Source of the DNA: Candidatus Hadarchaeota archaeon
Lineage (GTDB): Archaea > Hadarchaeota > Hadarchaeia > Hadarchaeales > Hadarchaeaceae
Reading direction: 5' to 3'
Assembly (NCBI GenBank): GCA_964514965.1
Contig: CAZETV010000001.1
Span: forward strand, 180,001-212,000
Length of the DNA stretch: 32,000 nt
This document shows, one piece after another, positions 7,871-15,527 of the stretch. Position 1 is the first letter of the stretch, and every line of letters begins with the position of its first letter. A program made the translations under genes and the position numbers. Under the pieces are notes generated by a model. That model made no database searches. It had not been told where the DNA came from and saw nothing but the letters and a program-made list of their open reading frames with translations.

Positions 7871-10593
7871 ATTACATTTGATTGGATTTCGTCGCCTTCT
7901 ATGTTTATCTCTTTTATTTTATTAATTCCGTACTTTTCGATGTTCTTCAAATCAATTCCATCAATTTTTAAAACAACAAACCCCTTGAAGTCTTTACGTT
8001 CTGTTAACATCCTATGTTTTTCATAAGAGAATGTTGGTAAATTGAACGAATGCAAATAAAGGATTTTCAATAATTCCCACTTATTCACTTTATTTTCTAA
8101 ATTATTATCGCCAACTTTTTCTTTCACTTTATTAATAAGAGAATCGCCATCCTTACTTTCCCAAGGTAGTTTCCAGTTATTTTTATCGTTTATAACTTCA
8201 CCAAAAGCCCTTTCTATCTCATTTTCTGATTTAGACATAATATCTGGGATAACTACCTGAAGTCCGGCGATAGTTCTAAAAATTTTTTGAGCCTCACTTC
8301 TTTTTTCAGCAGCGAAATATTTTAACCATTCTAAATTTTTCTCTATTTCTTCCACATAAATTTCTTTAAGAGATTTTCCATTTATTTTCTCTTCAAATGT
8401 CTTTTCTATCATCTCTCGCTCTTTTTCATAATGCAATTCTACACTTTCGTTGCGTTTTAATATTTCGAGGCTTTTTTCAATAACTCTCGTGTCGTATACG
8501 GCCTTTGTTCCTTTATCAGTTCCCGTAAATATAATGACGTTCGGCGCGGCGTCTTTATAATCTCCCTCTTTGTCTCTGTTTCTATAAATCCTCCCCCATC
8601 TCTGGATTTGACTATCAATCGGAGATGCCTCTGTGATTAGAATGTCAAAATCCACATCAACGGATGCTTCTACAATCTGAGTTGAAACTAGAACCAGTCT
8701 ATCGCTTTCGGTTATGAGCTTTCCATTCTCTCTTTTATTTTTTAAAGTGCATAATTTTTCTTTTACGTCTTTTATTGTCTTGTTTTTTCTTTTTTCAATT
8801 AATCTTGAATGAAGTAGGTGGAGATTACCTTTATTAACACTCAAATTTTGTGAGTCACTTTCTATACGCTTGAACAGTTCAATGGCCTTTCCCACGTTGT
8901 TGACAATTATTAGAACATTCTTGTCTCTTCCCTCATTCAAAATTTTATGTATCTCTTTGAAAGAATCTTCGTTTATTTTCAACTCAAAATTTCCATTCTC
9001 TTTTGATTGCTCATAAGAAAATAAAGTGCCATCGTTCAATCTAATTTTATGTCTCTTGAAATTGTAATTCTTTATCCTATTTCTTAAGTTTATCCATTTT
9101 TCATTTTGTAAATCTATAACACTATCTTCCCCGAAATTGCGTTTTTCAAAAAAGGGTTTAAAGTAAGGGGGGAATGTTGCGGTTATGACAAGGATGTTTC
9201 CATTGAGTGATTTTATTATTTCTAAAGTTTTGATAATGATGGCCGCCATTTCAGGATTGTAGGCTTGTATTTCGTCTATGACTATAGATGAAACTGGATA
9301 AATAGAAATCACTTTATCGGAACCGTAATATTTGAGAGAGGTAAGGAAAATTTGATCAGGTGTTGATAAAAGTATAGGGTAAGAAAAGAGTTTTGAAGAA
9401 TTTAACTTGCTTTCTACACTTAGCTCTTCGCCTTCTTTCTCTTCTTTTAAAAATTCCATAAAAGCTGTTGAATGTAAAATCCCAACGTCTTCACCTCTAC
9501 CGCCAAAATAAGGCAATTTCTCATCTGTCGCAAATCTTACAAACAGGTCATTTAGTGCAACTCTCAACGGCAAAGTGTATAACAGTTTCTTTCCATTGTC
9601 TTTTGCCCACATTAACGCAAATTCTGTTTTACCGGAGCCTGTCGGAGCCACTAAAACAATATTTTGTCTATTGAGATTTTTCAGTACATCTTTTTGCCAG
9701 AGGTTAAATTTTGCGGATTGGAATTTGATTTTGTTGATTATATTTTCTTCTAGCTTATCGAATATTTCAGAAACGGTTTTATTGGTTTCTATGCGAACTT
9801 TGCCACTGGCAGAATAATCGCATCTTCTCAGAGTACCGAGAAAAACAAGAAATTCGTGATCTGGTTTATCATTGTCTATTTCGTGGAATTTTATCAACTG
9901 TGAAACATTGTAACCTTTGCTAATTTGCTGACTGAGACTATCTAATCTGTTCATGTCAACATTATTTTCTAGTTTATTTAGGATGTCTAAAACAAAATTG
10001 CTTTTCTTTATTTCATTATCGCTTTTTAAACAAAGAATCAGATTACTAAGCAGAGATTTAATTGCATCTTTTTTACTCAGCAAAAATTCAGTATATTTTT
10101 CTATGTCCGGGTATACATCAAGAATATTTCTGAAATTTGGAATCTCGTTGACATAAAAGCTGTTGTGGTGATGTAATAAAATCGCTGTTCTGACTTTAGC
10201 ATCCCAATCGCTATTTCTCAACATTAGCTGGGAGTAAACTATTGAAAGTGCTTCATGATCATTGACATTTACTTTCCATTTTTGTCCATCTGTATCAAAA
10301 AATTTTTTTATTTGTTCCCATTCATTTTTGTATGTATTCTTTTTTTCATCGTCGCAGAAGACTTTTTTCTGAAAACTATAATCTATCTTGCCCATATCGT
10401 GTAGACTCATAGCAATAGCCAAATTTTTAAAAAACTCATCGTCAAATTTAAAGGAAATTTTCTCTCGGTTCTTATTTACAAACTCCTGAAACTGAATAGC
10501 TCTCAATAAAACTTCCTTTAAATGATCTTTTAGTAAGAAATTGTTGCCTTCTTTTGATTTAGCCCTCAGGCAATCAAGTATTTTCTCTGTCAT
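7867..10593 (-). CDS. cas3: Cas3, HD nuclease fused to an SF2 helicase
   Basis: 908 aa. HD motifs are LKDHL, SLHDMGKID, AILLHHHN and RRCDYSAS. Helicase motifs are VLVAPTGSGKTEFAL (I), IVIDEIQAY (II), VITATFP (III) and VSTQIVEASVDVDFD...QRWGRIYR (V/VI). The gene is strongly AT-rich. Confidence 0.92.
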   Translation of the reverse strand: MTEKILDCLRAKSKEGNNFLLKDHLKEVLLRAIQFQEFVNKNREKISFKFDDEFFKNLAIAMSLHDMGKIDYSFQKKVFCDDEKKNTYKNEWEQIKKFFDTDGQKWKVNVNDHEALSIVYSQLMLRNSDWDAKVRTAILLHHHNSFYVNEIPNFRNILDVYPDIEKYTEFLLSKKDAIKSLLSNLILCLKSDNEIKKSNFVLDILNKLENNVDMNRLDSLSQQISKGYNVSQLIKFHEIDNDKPDHEFLVFLGTLRRCDYSASGKVRIETNKTVSEIFDKLEENIINKIKFQSAKFNLWQKDVLKNLNRQNIVLVAPTGSGKTEFALMWAKDNGKKLLYTLPLRVALNDLFVRFATDEKLPYFGGRGEDVGILHSTAFMEFLKEEKEGEELSVESKLNSSKLFSYPILLSTPDQIFLTSLKYYGSDKVISIYPVSSIVIDEIQAYNPEMAAIIIKTLEIIKSLNGNILVITATFPPYFKPFFEKRNFGEDSVIDLQNEKWINLRNRIKNYNFKRHKIRLNDGTLFSYEQSKENGNFELKINEDSFKEIHKILNEGRDKNVLIIVNNVGKAIELFKRIESDSQNLSVNKGNLHLLHSRLIEKRKNKTIKDVKEKLCTLKNKRENGKLITESDRLVLVSTQIVEASVDVDFDILITEASPIDSQIQRWGRIYRNRDKEGDYKDAAPNVIIFTGTDKGTKAVYDTRVIEKSLEILKRNESVELHYEKEREMIEKTFEEKINGKSLKEIYVEEIEKNLEWLKYFAAEKRSEAQKIFRTIAGLQVVIPDIMSKSENEIERAFGEVINDKNNWKLPWESKDGDSLINKVKEKVGDNNLENKVNKWELLKILYLHSFNLPTFSYEKHRMLTERKDFKGFVVLKIDGIDLKNIEKYGINKIKEINIEGDEIQSNVI

Positions 10594-11406
10594 CTAAAGC
10601 CATCCATTATCAAGTATTTTAAACTCTGCACCATTGACGTTATAAACTTCCATTCTTGTTTCACTATTCAAAATAATACTATAATCATTTCCTGTATAAA
10701 TTACAGTTCCAAATTTTGGTTTTCTTTCTGTTTTTTTAGTTATTTCAGATTTTGATTTAACCGGAGCGTCGCCATTCATAAATCTTACCTCTACTGGTAT
10801 GGAATAAACCGGGTATTTCTGTTTTTTAAGTCGAAACTCTTTTTCCTTAATGTAAGTGGGATATTTTATCTTAACGTCTGTAATATTTTCAACGGTATCT
10901 GCCGCATTTACTTCTTGCACATGTTCTATGAAAACAACATCTTCACTTCTTCCTAACGACAATACTTTCTTCGGATGTTCTAAAGATTCTTTTATTTTGC
11001 CAATTAACTTTTCCTCCCCTCTAATAAAAAGAAATATACGACCGTTGAAAAGTTCCTGTTGATGCACAGGTGATCTTTGAGAGGTTATACCTTGCCCATA
11101 TAATGGCAAATTTTGATTTACGAGAACAAGTTTCCCATCCTTTTGTTGTAACTCTGTTTTCCCCTTTATTAAATTTTGATAGTTCCAAAAAGCATTTTCA
11201 AATCCGCCATGCATGCTAACTTTTAATTTCCACCAATTATCAATACCAAATCCGTTGCCATACCAATCGTCACATGCATTTTGGAGCATTCCAATTACAG
11301 TAGATTTTGGTGGTAATGGATAAGTTTGTGCGTAATAGAAAGTAAAGGGGTTTCGATATTGAGCAAATGGCTGAAATAATTCAATAAAAAGTATTTTTTC
11401 TACCAT
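10594..11406 (-). CDS. cas5: Cas5 (Cas5t/Cas5h-like)
   Basis: The N-terminus FIELFQPFAQYRNPFTFYYAQTYPLPPKSTVIGMLQNA matches the Cas5 signature (FR.P....TYPLPPPST.IG). The gene abuts the cas3 start. Confidence 0.8.
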   Translation of the reverse strand: MVEKILFIELFQPFAQYRNPFTFYYAQTYPLPPKSTVIGMLQNACDDWYGNGFGIDNWWKLKVSMHGGFENAFWNYQNLIKGKTELQQKDGKLVLVNQNLPLYGQGITSQRSPVHQQELFNGRIFLFIRGEEKLIGKIKESLEHPKKVLSLGRSEDVVFIEHVQEVNAADTVENITDVKIKYPTYIKEKEFRLKKQKYPVYSIPVEVRFMNGDAPVKSKSEITKKTERKPKFGTVIYTGNDYSIILNSETRMEVYNVNGAEFKILDNGWL

Positions 11407-11438
11407 TCTGCCACCATAAAGATGATACTGATGATTAT

Positions 11439-12437
11439 TTAACCCAAAAATTTCTCAACTTTCTCAATAACATTTTTTTCATTTAATTCTTTTGTATCTA
11501 TTTTTGAATAAACGCTACACAACTCTTTTCTATTAAATACACTAACATTTTCACCATTCTCTCCTAACGCTATGTTAAAGGAAGGTATTATGTTATCTTC
11601 GACTTCATTCTCTATAATTTCTAAATCGCCGTCTTTTTTGTACTTTCTTTTTATCTTGTATTGTGTCTTTCTTTCTAATCTTATTTTATTCAAATAGGAT
11701 TCGTATTTTCCATTATTATATAGACCTAAAACAATTAACCATGGCGATAAATCTTCTCTTCGACCTTTAATGTCTCTCTTAAGATTTAGAATTGTCTCGA
11801 TAAATTTTATAATCCTTTCCTTAATAACTTCGTCGCCTACCTTGATATCCCCAATTTCTTCTTTACCATGCTCATCTTTTAAAAAATTACCAACTCTATT
11901 AACATCGATTGTAATATTATAAATATAGAAATCTGGTTTCTCCTCTATTGTGACAGGATTACTGCCTTCTCCACCAGCCCTCTTCATCATGTCCAAATTG
12001 GCCATTGTATGGGTATCCAAATTGTAAGGTGTTAGTGAGATAGCATGACTTATCTTTACGGGGGAAACTCTTGTTAGTGCTGCCTGTCCTTCTTTTGTTA
12101 TCATAAAACCAAATAAATCAAATTCAGGAAAACCAGCAAAAACGTTTTGGTTAATTTCGTTTAGTCCAGCTACGCCACCTTCTCTAACTACAAGTTCCTC
12201 AGGTCCTGCTAGTTTCCATGTCTCTGGGAAAAGGTGATTTGCCCAGTGCAAAATACTATATCTGAGCGCATATCTGCTCACTAATGCGTATTGTCTGCCA
12301 TCCCACTTCGTTATCTTCTTGAGCGGTTGATAGTTAGTTCCGCCACCCCAATCGTAATTCAGAGAACTTCCATAGAAAACGATGTCTAGAACTATAAACT
12401 TTTTATCACTTTTTTTATTTTCATTTGTTTTATTCAT
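11439..12437 (-). CDS. cas7: Cas7 (Csa2/Cst2/DevR-type backbone subunit)
   Basis: GSSLNYDWGGGTNYQPLKKI....YALVSRYALRYSILH is the typical Cas7 I-A/I-B N-terminal pattern. The gene overlaps the upstream small ORF by 8 nt. Confidence 0.8.
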   Translation of the reverse strand: MNKTNENKKSDKKFIVLDIVFYGSSLNYDWGGGTNYQPLKKITKWDGRQYALVSRYALRYSILHWANHLFPETWKLAGPEELVVREGGVAGLNEINQNVFAGFPEFDLFGFMITKEGQAALTRVSPVKISHAISLTPYNLDTHTMANLDMMKRAGGEGSNPVTIEEKPDFYIYNITIDVNRVGNFLKDEHGKEEIGDIKVGDEVIKERIIKFIETILNLKRDIKGRREDLSPWLIVLGLYNNGKYESYLNKIRLERKTQYKIKRKYKKDGDLEIIENEVEDNIIPSFNIALGENGENVSVFNRKELCSVYSKIDTKELNEKNVIEKVEKFLG

Positions 12438-12795
12438 TTTCCTTACCTTTGACCTTGTTTTGATATGTACTCATGATACCAATAATTATTGAATAAGCAA
12501 GATTTATAAACGCTTCATCTGGCAAAATATCATAGTTTTTTTCTAGCTCATCCCACAATTTTTTGAAATTTTCCTTTGGTTTATTAATAGACCTCAAAAG
12601 CAGGTAGAAGAATCTATTTTGATTTTTATTTTTTACGGACTCCAGTAAATCAAAAACTAGTCTTTGTTTGTAATTATCAGATTCGCTTATAAAAGAATCT
12701 TTAGCAGCATTTTTAAATTCCCACAACTTTAATTCTTTAGACTTTTCTCCAATTTTTAGTTCCCACACCGCTTGTTTTATCTCATCATCCATCAT
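12430..12795 (-). CDS. 121-aa predicted all-helical protein between cas8 and cas7; candidate standalone small subunit (Cas11/Csa5-like). Function unproven.
   Basis: It is tightly coupled on both sides (ATGA overlap with the cas8 stop, 8-nt overlap with the cas7 start) and has the same AT-rich composition as the interference module. Its size and position match csa5 in csa5-cas7-cas5-cas3 arrangements. I recognise no sequence motif. Confidence 0.45.
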   Translation of the reverse strand: MMDDEIKQAVWELKIGEKSKELKLWEFKNAAKDSFISESDNYKQRLVFDLLESVKNKNQNRFFYLLLRSINKPKENFKKLWDELEKNYDILPDEAFINLAYSIIIGIMSTYQNKVKGKENE

Positions 12796-14546
12796 CTATA
12801 CACCAGACCTGCTGTTAAGCATAATGCATACCTTGGCCAGCTTAATTCATTATCTACTATTTTATTAAACACCCAATTTAAAAAGCCTTTGTTGATAATT
12901 TCTTTGCGGTTGTTTAGAGATTTAAGTAAAACAATAAGAAAACCAGCTTTATCATTTGCGTATAAAGAATCAAGAAGAAGATAAGCAATTTTCTCTCTCA
13001 TTTTCAAATCTGGGATTAGTCTTTTTGTCTCTTGGGTTGAGTAATAAAAAGTACTTGGGAATGTCCTTTTGACTTGAGTTACCATTTCTCTATAATTCTC
13101 AGAGAAAAAGATTTGAGAAAATAACAGACTACTATTTTTTTCCTTAAACTCCAAAATTACGGCCTCAATCAAAAGAGCATAAAATACGGAGTAATTTGGG
13201 TACCTACTCTCGTCGATAGAAACTTTTACGTGTTGCAAAACCAATGGGTAAAGAGGTTTTCCTTTTATGAATTCTTTTAGAAGCCATACATATTTATCCC
13301 CCTTAAGATATTTAGGTCCAACTTGAATTCTTTTGTTCATCGCATCTCTAATCCTGTCGTCTAAAACAATAGAAGCTCGAAGTTTCGGAATGCCTATAAA
13401 TTCTACATCTTTTAACTTTAGATTTTCTATTCCACCGAATTCTATTATATACATGTTCTCTAAAGAAAAATCTACCTTTTTCTCAATAATAGTGTCGATT
13501 ATAGCAGTCCAAGTTATTTTGAACATATCTGTCCTTCTCCCTTTCCTTTCTTTATATAGAGCGAATTTTTTGTTAATTTCGTATGAACTTTCTAATAAGT
13601 TGGTATAGAACATCAAGTTTCTCCCTTCGATAAACTGGAAAGAGTTTCCAAATGATAAAAGCAATAAGTATAATGGTTGTTTAACATTTAACCACTCCTC
13701 AACCATAATTACTTTCGGGAGATCGGTATAACCGATGTTTGGAAATTCACCAGGCGAATACAAAAAAGGGTTTATCGTGGAATCTGCTCGAATTTCATAA
13801 GTCAAACCATCTTTCTTTTTCTTTTCGCTTATTTTAGAAGCAAATTTACGTAAATTTGAATAATCTTCTTTTAGCAAATACCAAAGGTAAACGAATGAAG
13901 TATACAGATCTTTTTTAGGATTATAGATGAAAAAATTCCTATGGTCTTTAGGTAATTTCAGATCACAGCTATGAATAAGCGACTTTATATCTTCTTTTTT
14001 TTCTTCAACGTTTACTAGAATGCCAAAAATTTTGTTTTCTATATTTTGTTTAAACTCATCTAATTCTTTTATTAGATTTTTCTCTTTGTTAGAAATCTCA
14101 TTATTGCATTGTATGATTTCATTTTTGAATTGAGTGATTTTTTTATTTTCCTTTTCAATTTTCTTATCTTGAGATTTGAGTTTAGATGGCTTTTCATTAG
14201 ATTTAATTTTCTTACTCTCGTTAATTAAATCTCTCAATTTTTTCTCAGATTCTCTTAATTTGACTCGTAAGCCTTTTTTTGGGTCTGTAATTTTTTTTCT
14301 TATGCCGCTAATTTCACTTCTAACTGTTCTAATTCTAGAATGGTAGAATAAGTACGCAAACGGAAAATATCCATAATAAATCAATTCCTTATTTTCCCTA
14401 ATCCTCTTTCGCAGCTCTTCCAAATCCCATCCATAGACTTCTTCCATCAAATTTACAAATCCGAGAATTCCTGCATCTATAAACCAATTACCTGTGAATT
14501 GTAGTGTATTATGACTTGATTCAACAATTTTTGTTCCCATATTCAT
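12792..14546 (-). CDS. cas8: Cas8 large subunit (Cas8b/Cst1-like) with a Lys/Glu/Asn-rich coiled-coil-like insert
   Basis: It occupies the first position of the cas8-cas7-cas5-cas3 operon. The N-terminal FTGNWFIDAGILGFVNL resembles the conserved N-terminal motif of Cas8b-like proteins. The likely start is the ATG at 14546 (GGTGA 4 nt upstream); the track TTG start at 14570 lies inside the cas6 remnant. Confidence 0.7.
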   Translation of the reverse strand: MNMGTKIVESSHNTLQFTGNWFIDAGILGFVNLMEEVYGWDLEELRKRIRENKELIYYGYFPFAYLFYHSRIRTVRSEISGIRKKITDPKKGLRVKLRESEKKLRDLINESKKIKSNEKPSKLKSQDKKIEKENKKITQFKNEIIQCNNEISNKEKNLIKELDEFKQNIENKIFGILVNVEEKKEDIKSLIHSCDLKLPKDHRNFFIYNPKKDLYTSFVYLWYLLKEDYSNLRKFASKISEKKKKDGLTYEIRADSTINPFLYSPGEFPNIGYTDLPKVIMVEEWLNVKQPLYLLLLSFGNSFQFIEGRNLMFYTNLLESSYEINKKFALYKERKGRRTDMFKITWTAIIDTIIEKKVDFSLENMYIIEFGGIENLKLKDVEFIGIPKLRASIVLDDRIRDAMNKRIQVGPKYLKGDKYVWLLKEFIKGKPLYPLVLQHVKVSIDESRYPNYSVFYALLIEAVILEFKEKNSSLLFSQIFFSENYREMVTQVKRTFPSTFYYSTQETKRLIPDLKMREKIAYLLLDSLYANDKAGFLIVLLKSLNNRKEIINKGFLNWVFNKIVDNELSWPRYALCLTAGLVYR

Positions 14547-14550
14547 GTTC

Positions 14551-14704
14551 TCACCCCACCATGAAACCAAACCCCAGCGAGTTCTCCTCCCTGAACCCCG
14601 CGTCCAACCCGAACTGAATCACATCTTGCTTTTTCCCCGTCCAGATAATAGGAGAACCCCCAGATGGAACCAAAAATCTCGCCATTCATTCCGAACCCAA
14701 CTCT
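14551..14704 (-). pseudogene. cas6 3'-terminal remnant (about 51 codons, frameshifted) abutting the cas8 start
   Basis: Minus-strand translation gives RVGFGMNGEIFGSIWGFSYYLDGEKARCD, then a +1 frameshift, then IQFGLDAGFREENSLGFGFMVG*. Intact Cas6 reads HVVFGGKEVKVLGSLWRFMFSYLDEMRREILQFGLDAGFGELNSLGFGFMNVVR*. Between ctggac and cagttc there are 22 nt here and 21 nt in the intact gene. About 80% nt identity over the last 20 codons (by eye). An in-frame stop lies just upstream at 14705-14707. Confidence 0.85.
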
Positions 14705-15246
14705 TCAACTCTCCTTTTCAGCCCGGCCAGCTCATCCTCCACTCCCATCTCCCTGCAGATCTCTTCCAGATACTCTAGATTCAGCTTCCCGAGCTGCCTT
14801 ACGAATATCCCCTCCGCATCTTTTAAATCTTGCTCGCTCCCGAACACCAGCTTGTTGGCGATGATGTCCTCGGGAGAAGCGATGTAAATATCGGTCCCCT
14901 TGTATTTGAACGATGTCCTCCTCTCGAAAGTGCGCTTGTCCATTTCGTTGCAAATTCCTTTAATATCCAACCTGAACATCGACCTCTTGTCCTGAACGAT
15001 GCAGTGGAACCGTTCTTTCAACGCCCTCCTCAGGCCCTCAGCGCTTGCAAAAAAATCATTCCGACTCAAGAACTCGGCCAGCTTCGGCGTGTCCTCCTCT
15101 TTGATCTGCAGAATCAGGTCTATGTCCATCGTGGTCCTCGAAAGACCGTGGAAGTTCACCACCAAGCCACCTACCATGACGTAACCTATGCGTGCCCTGC
15201 CAAGGAACCCGCACACGAGCGACAATATCTCATCTATTTCCCGCAC
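14686..15246 (-). CDS. Minimal nucleotidyltransferase-fold protein (Pol-beta superfamily, toxin-like)
   Basis: 186 aa. IGYVMVGGLVVNFHGLSRTTMDIDLIL fits the GG..(x)..HG..R.T.DIDL NTase active-site pattern. It has a GTG start that overlaps the upstream 65-aa ORF by 17 nt. Its last 7 codons overlap the cas6 remnant in another frame. Confidence 0.65.
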   Translation of the reverse strand: MREIDEILSLVCGFLGRARIGYVMVGGLVVNFHGLSRTTMDIDLILQIKEEDTPKLAEFLSRNDFFASAEGLRRALKERFHCIVQDKRSMFRLDIKGICNEMDKRTFERRTSFKYKGTDIYIASPEDIIANKLVFGSEQDLKDAEGIFVRQLGKLNLEYLEEICREMGVEDELAGLKRRVEELGSE

Positions 15247-15427
15247 TTTTACTCGCCTCGTGGATTTCTACCGCAAACTTGATCAGGTCCAATCCCTGCT
15301 CGAAGGTTTCCTCCCCTGAGAAACGCCGGGCGCGAACGGCATCCCGCCTCAGCTCCCTGGCCCGGACCTCCTTCACCCTCCTCCTGAACTCCTCGAGGTC
15401 CCTACGTTTGAACGCGCTGGCCTTCAT
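15230..15427 (-). CDS. 65-aa Arg/Glu-rich helical protein, putative partner (antitoxin-like) of the NTase
   Basis: It has an ATG start and overlaps the NTase start. The C-terminal half SGEETFEQGLDLIKFAVEIHE resembles the small partners often found upstream of minimal NTases (from memory). No search was run. Confidence 0.5.
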   Translation of the reverse strand: MKASAFKRRDLEEFRRRVKEVRARELRRDAVRARRFSGEETFEQGLDLIKFAVEIHEASKSAGNR

Positions 15428-15478
15428 GTTCCGCCTCCGGAGGCGCCATTAGGGACATTTCCACCACGTGAATATTGT

Positions 15479-15495
15479 CTCACCACGTTCATAAA
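15479..15495. repeat. 17-bp perfect direct repeat (ctcaccacgttcataaa), copy 1; identical to the last codons of intact cas6
   Basis: Exact match to 16870-16886. In the minus sense it encodes FMNVVR. Confidence 0.85.
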
Positions 15496-15527
15496 AAAAA
15501 ACCACGGTCAACTTTTGGAAAGGAAAC

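Noticed and set aside
15492-15501. A10 homopolymer immediately after the 17-bp repeat copy
   Set aside because: It could be a slippage-prone tract or an element end, but there is no second copy or supporting structure. It is noted only as part of the cassette boundary.
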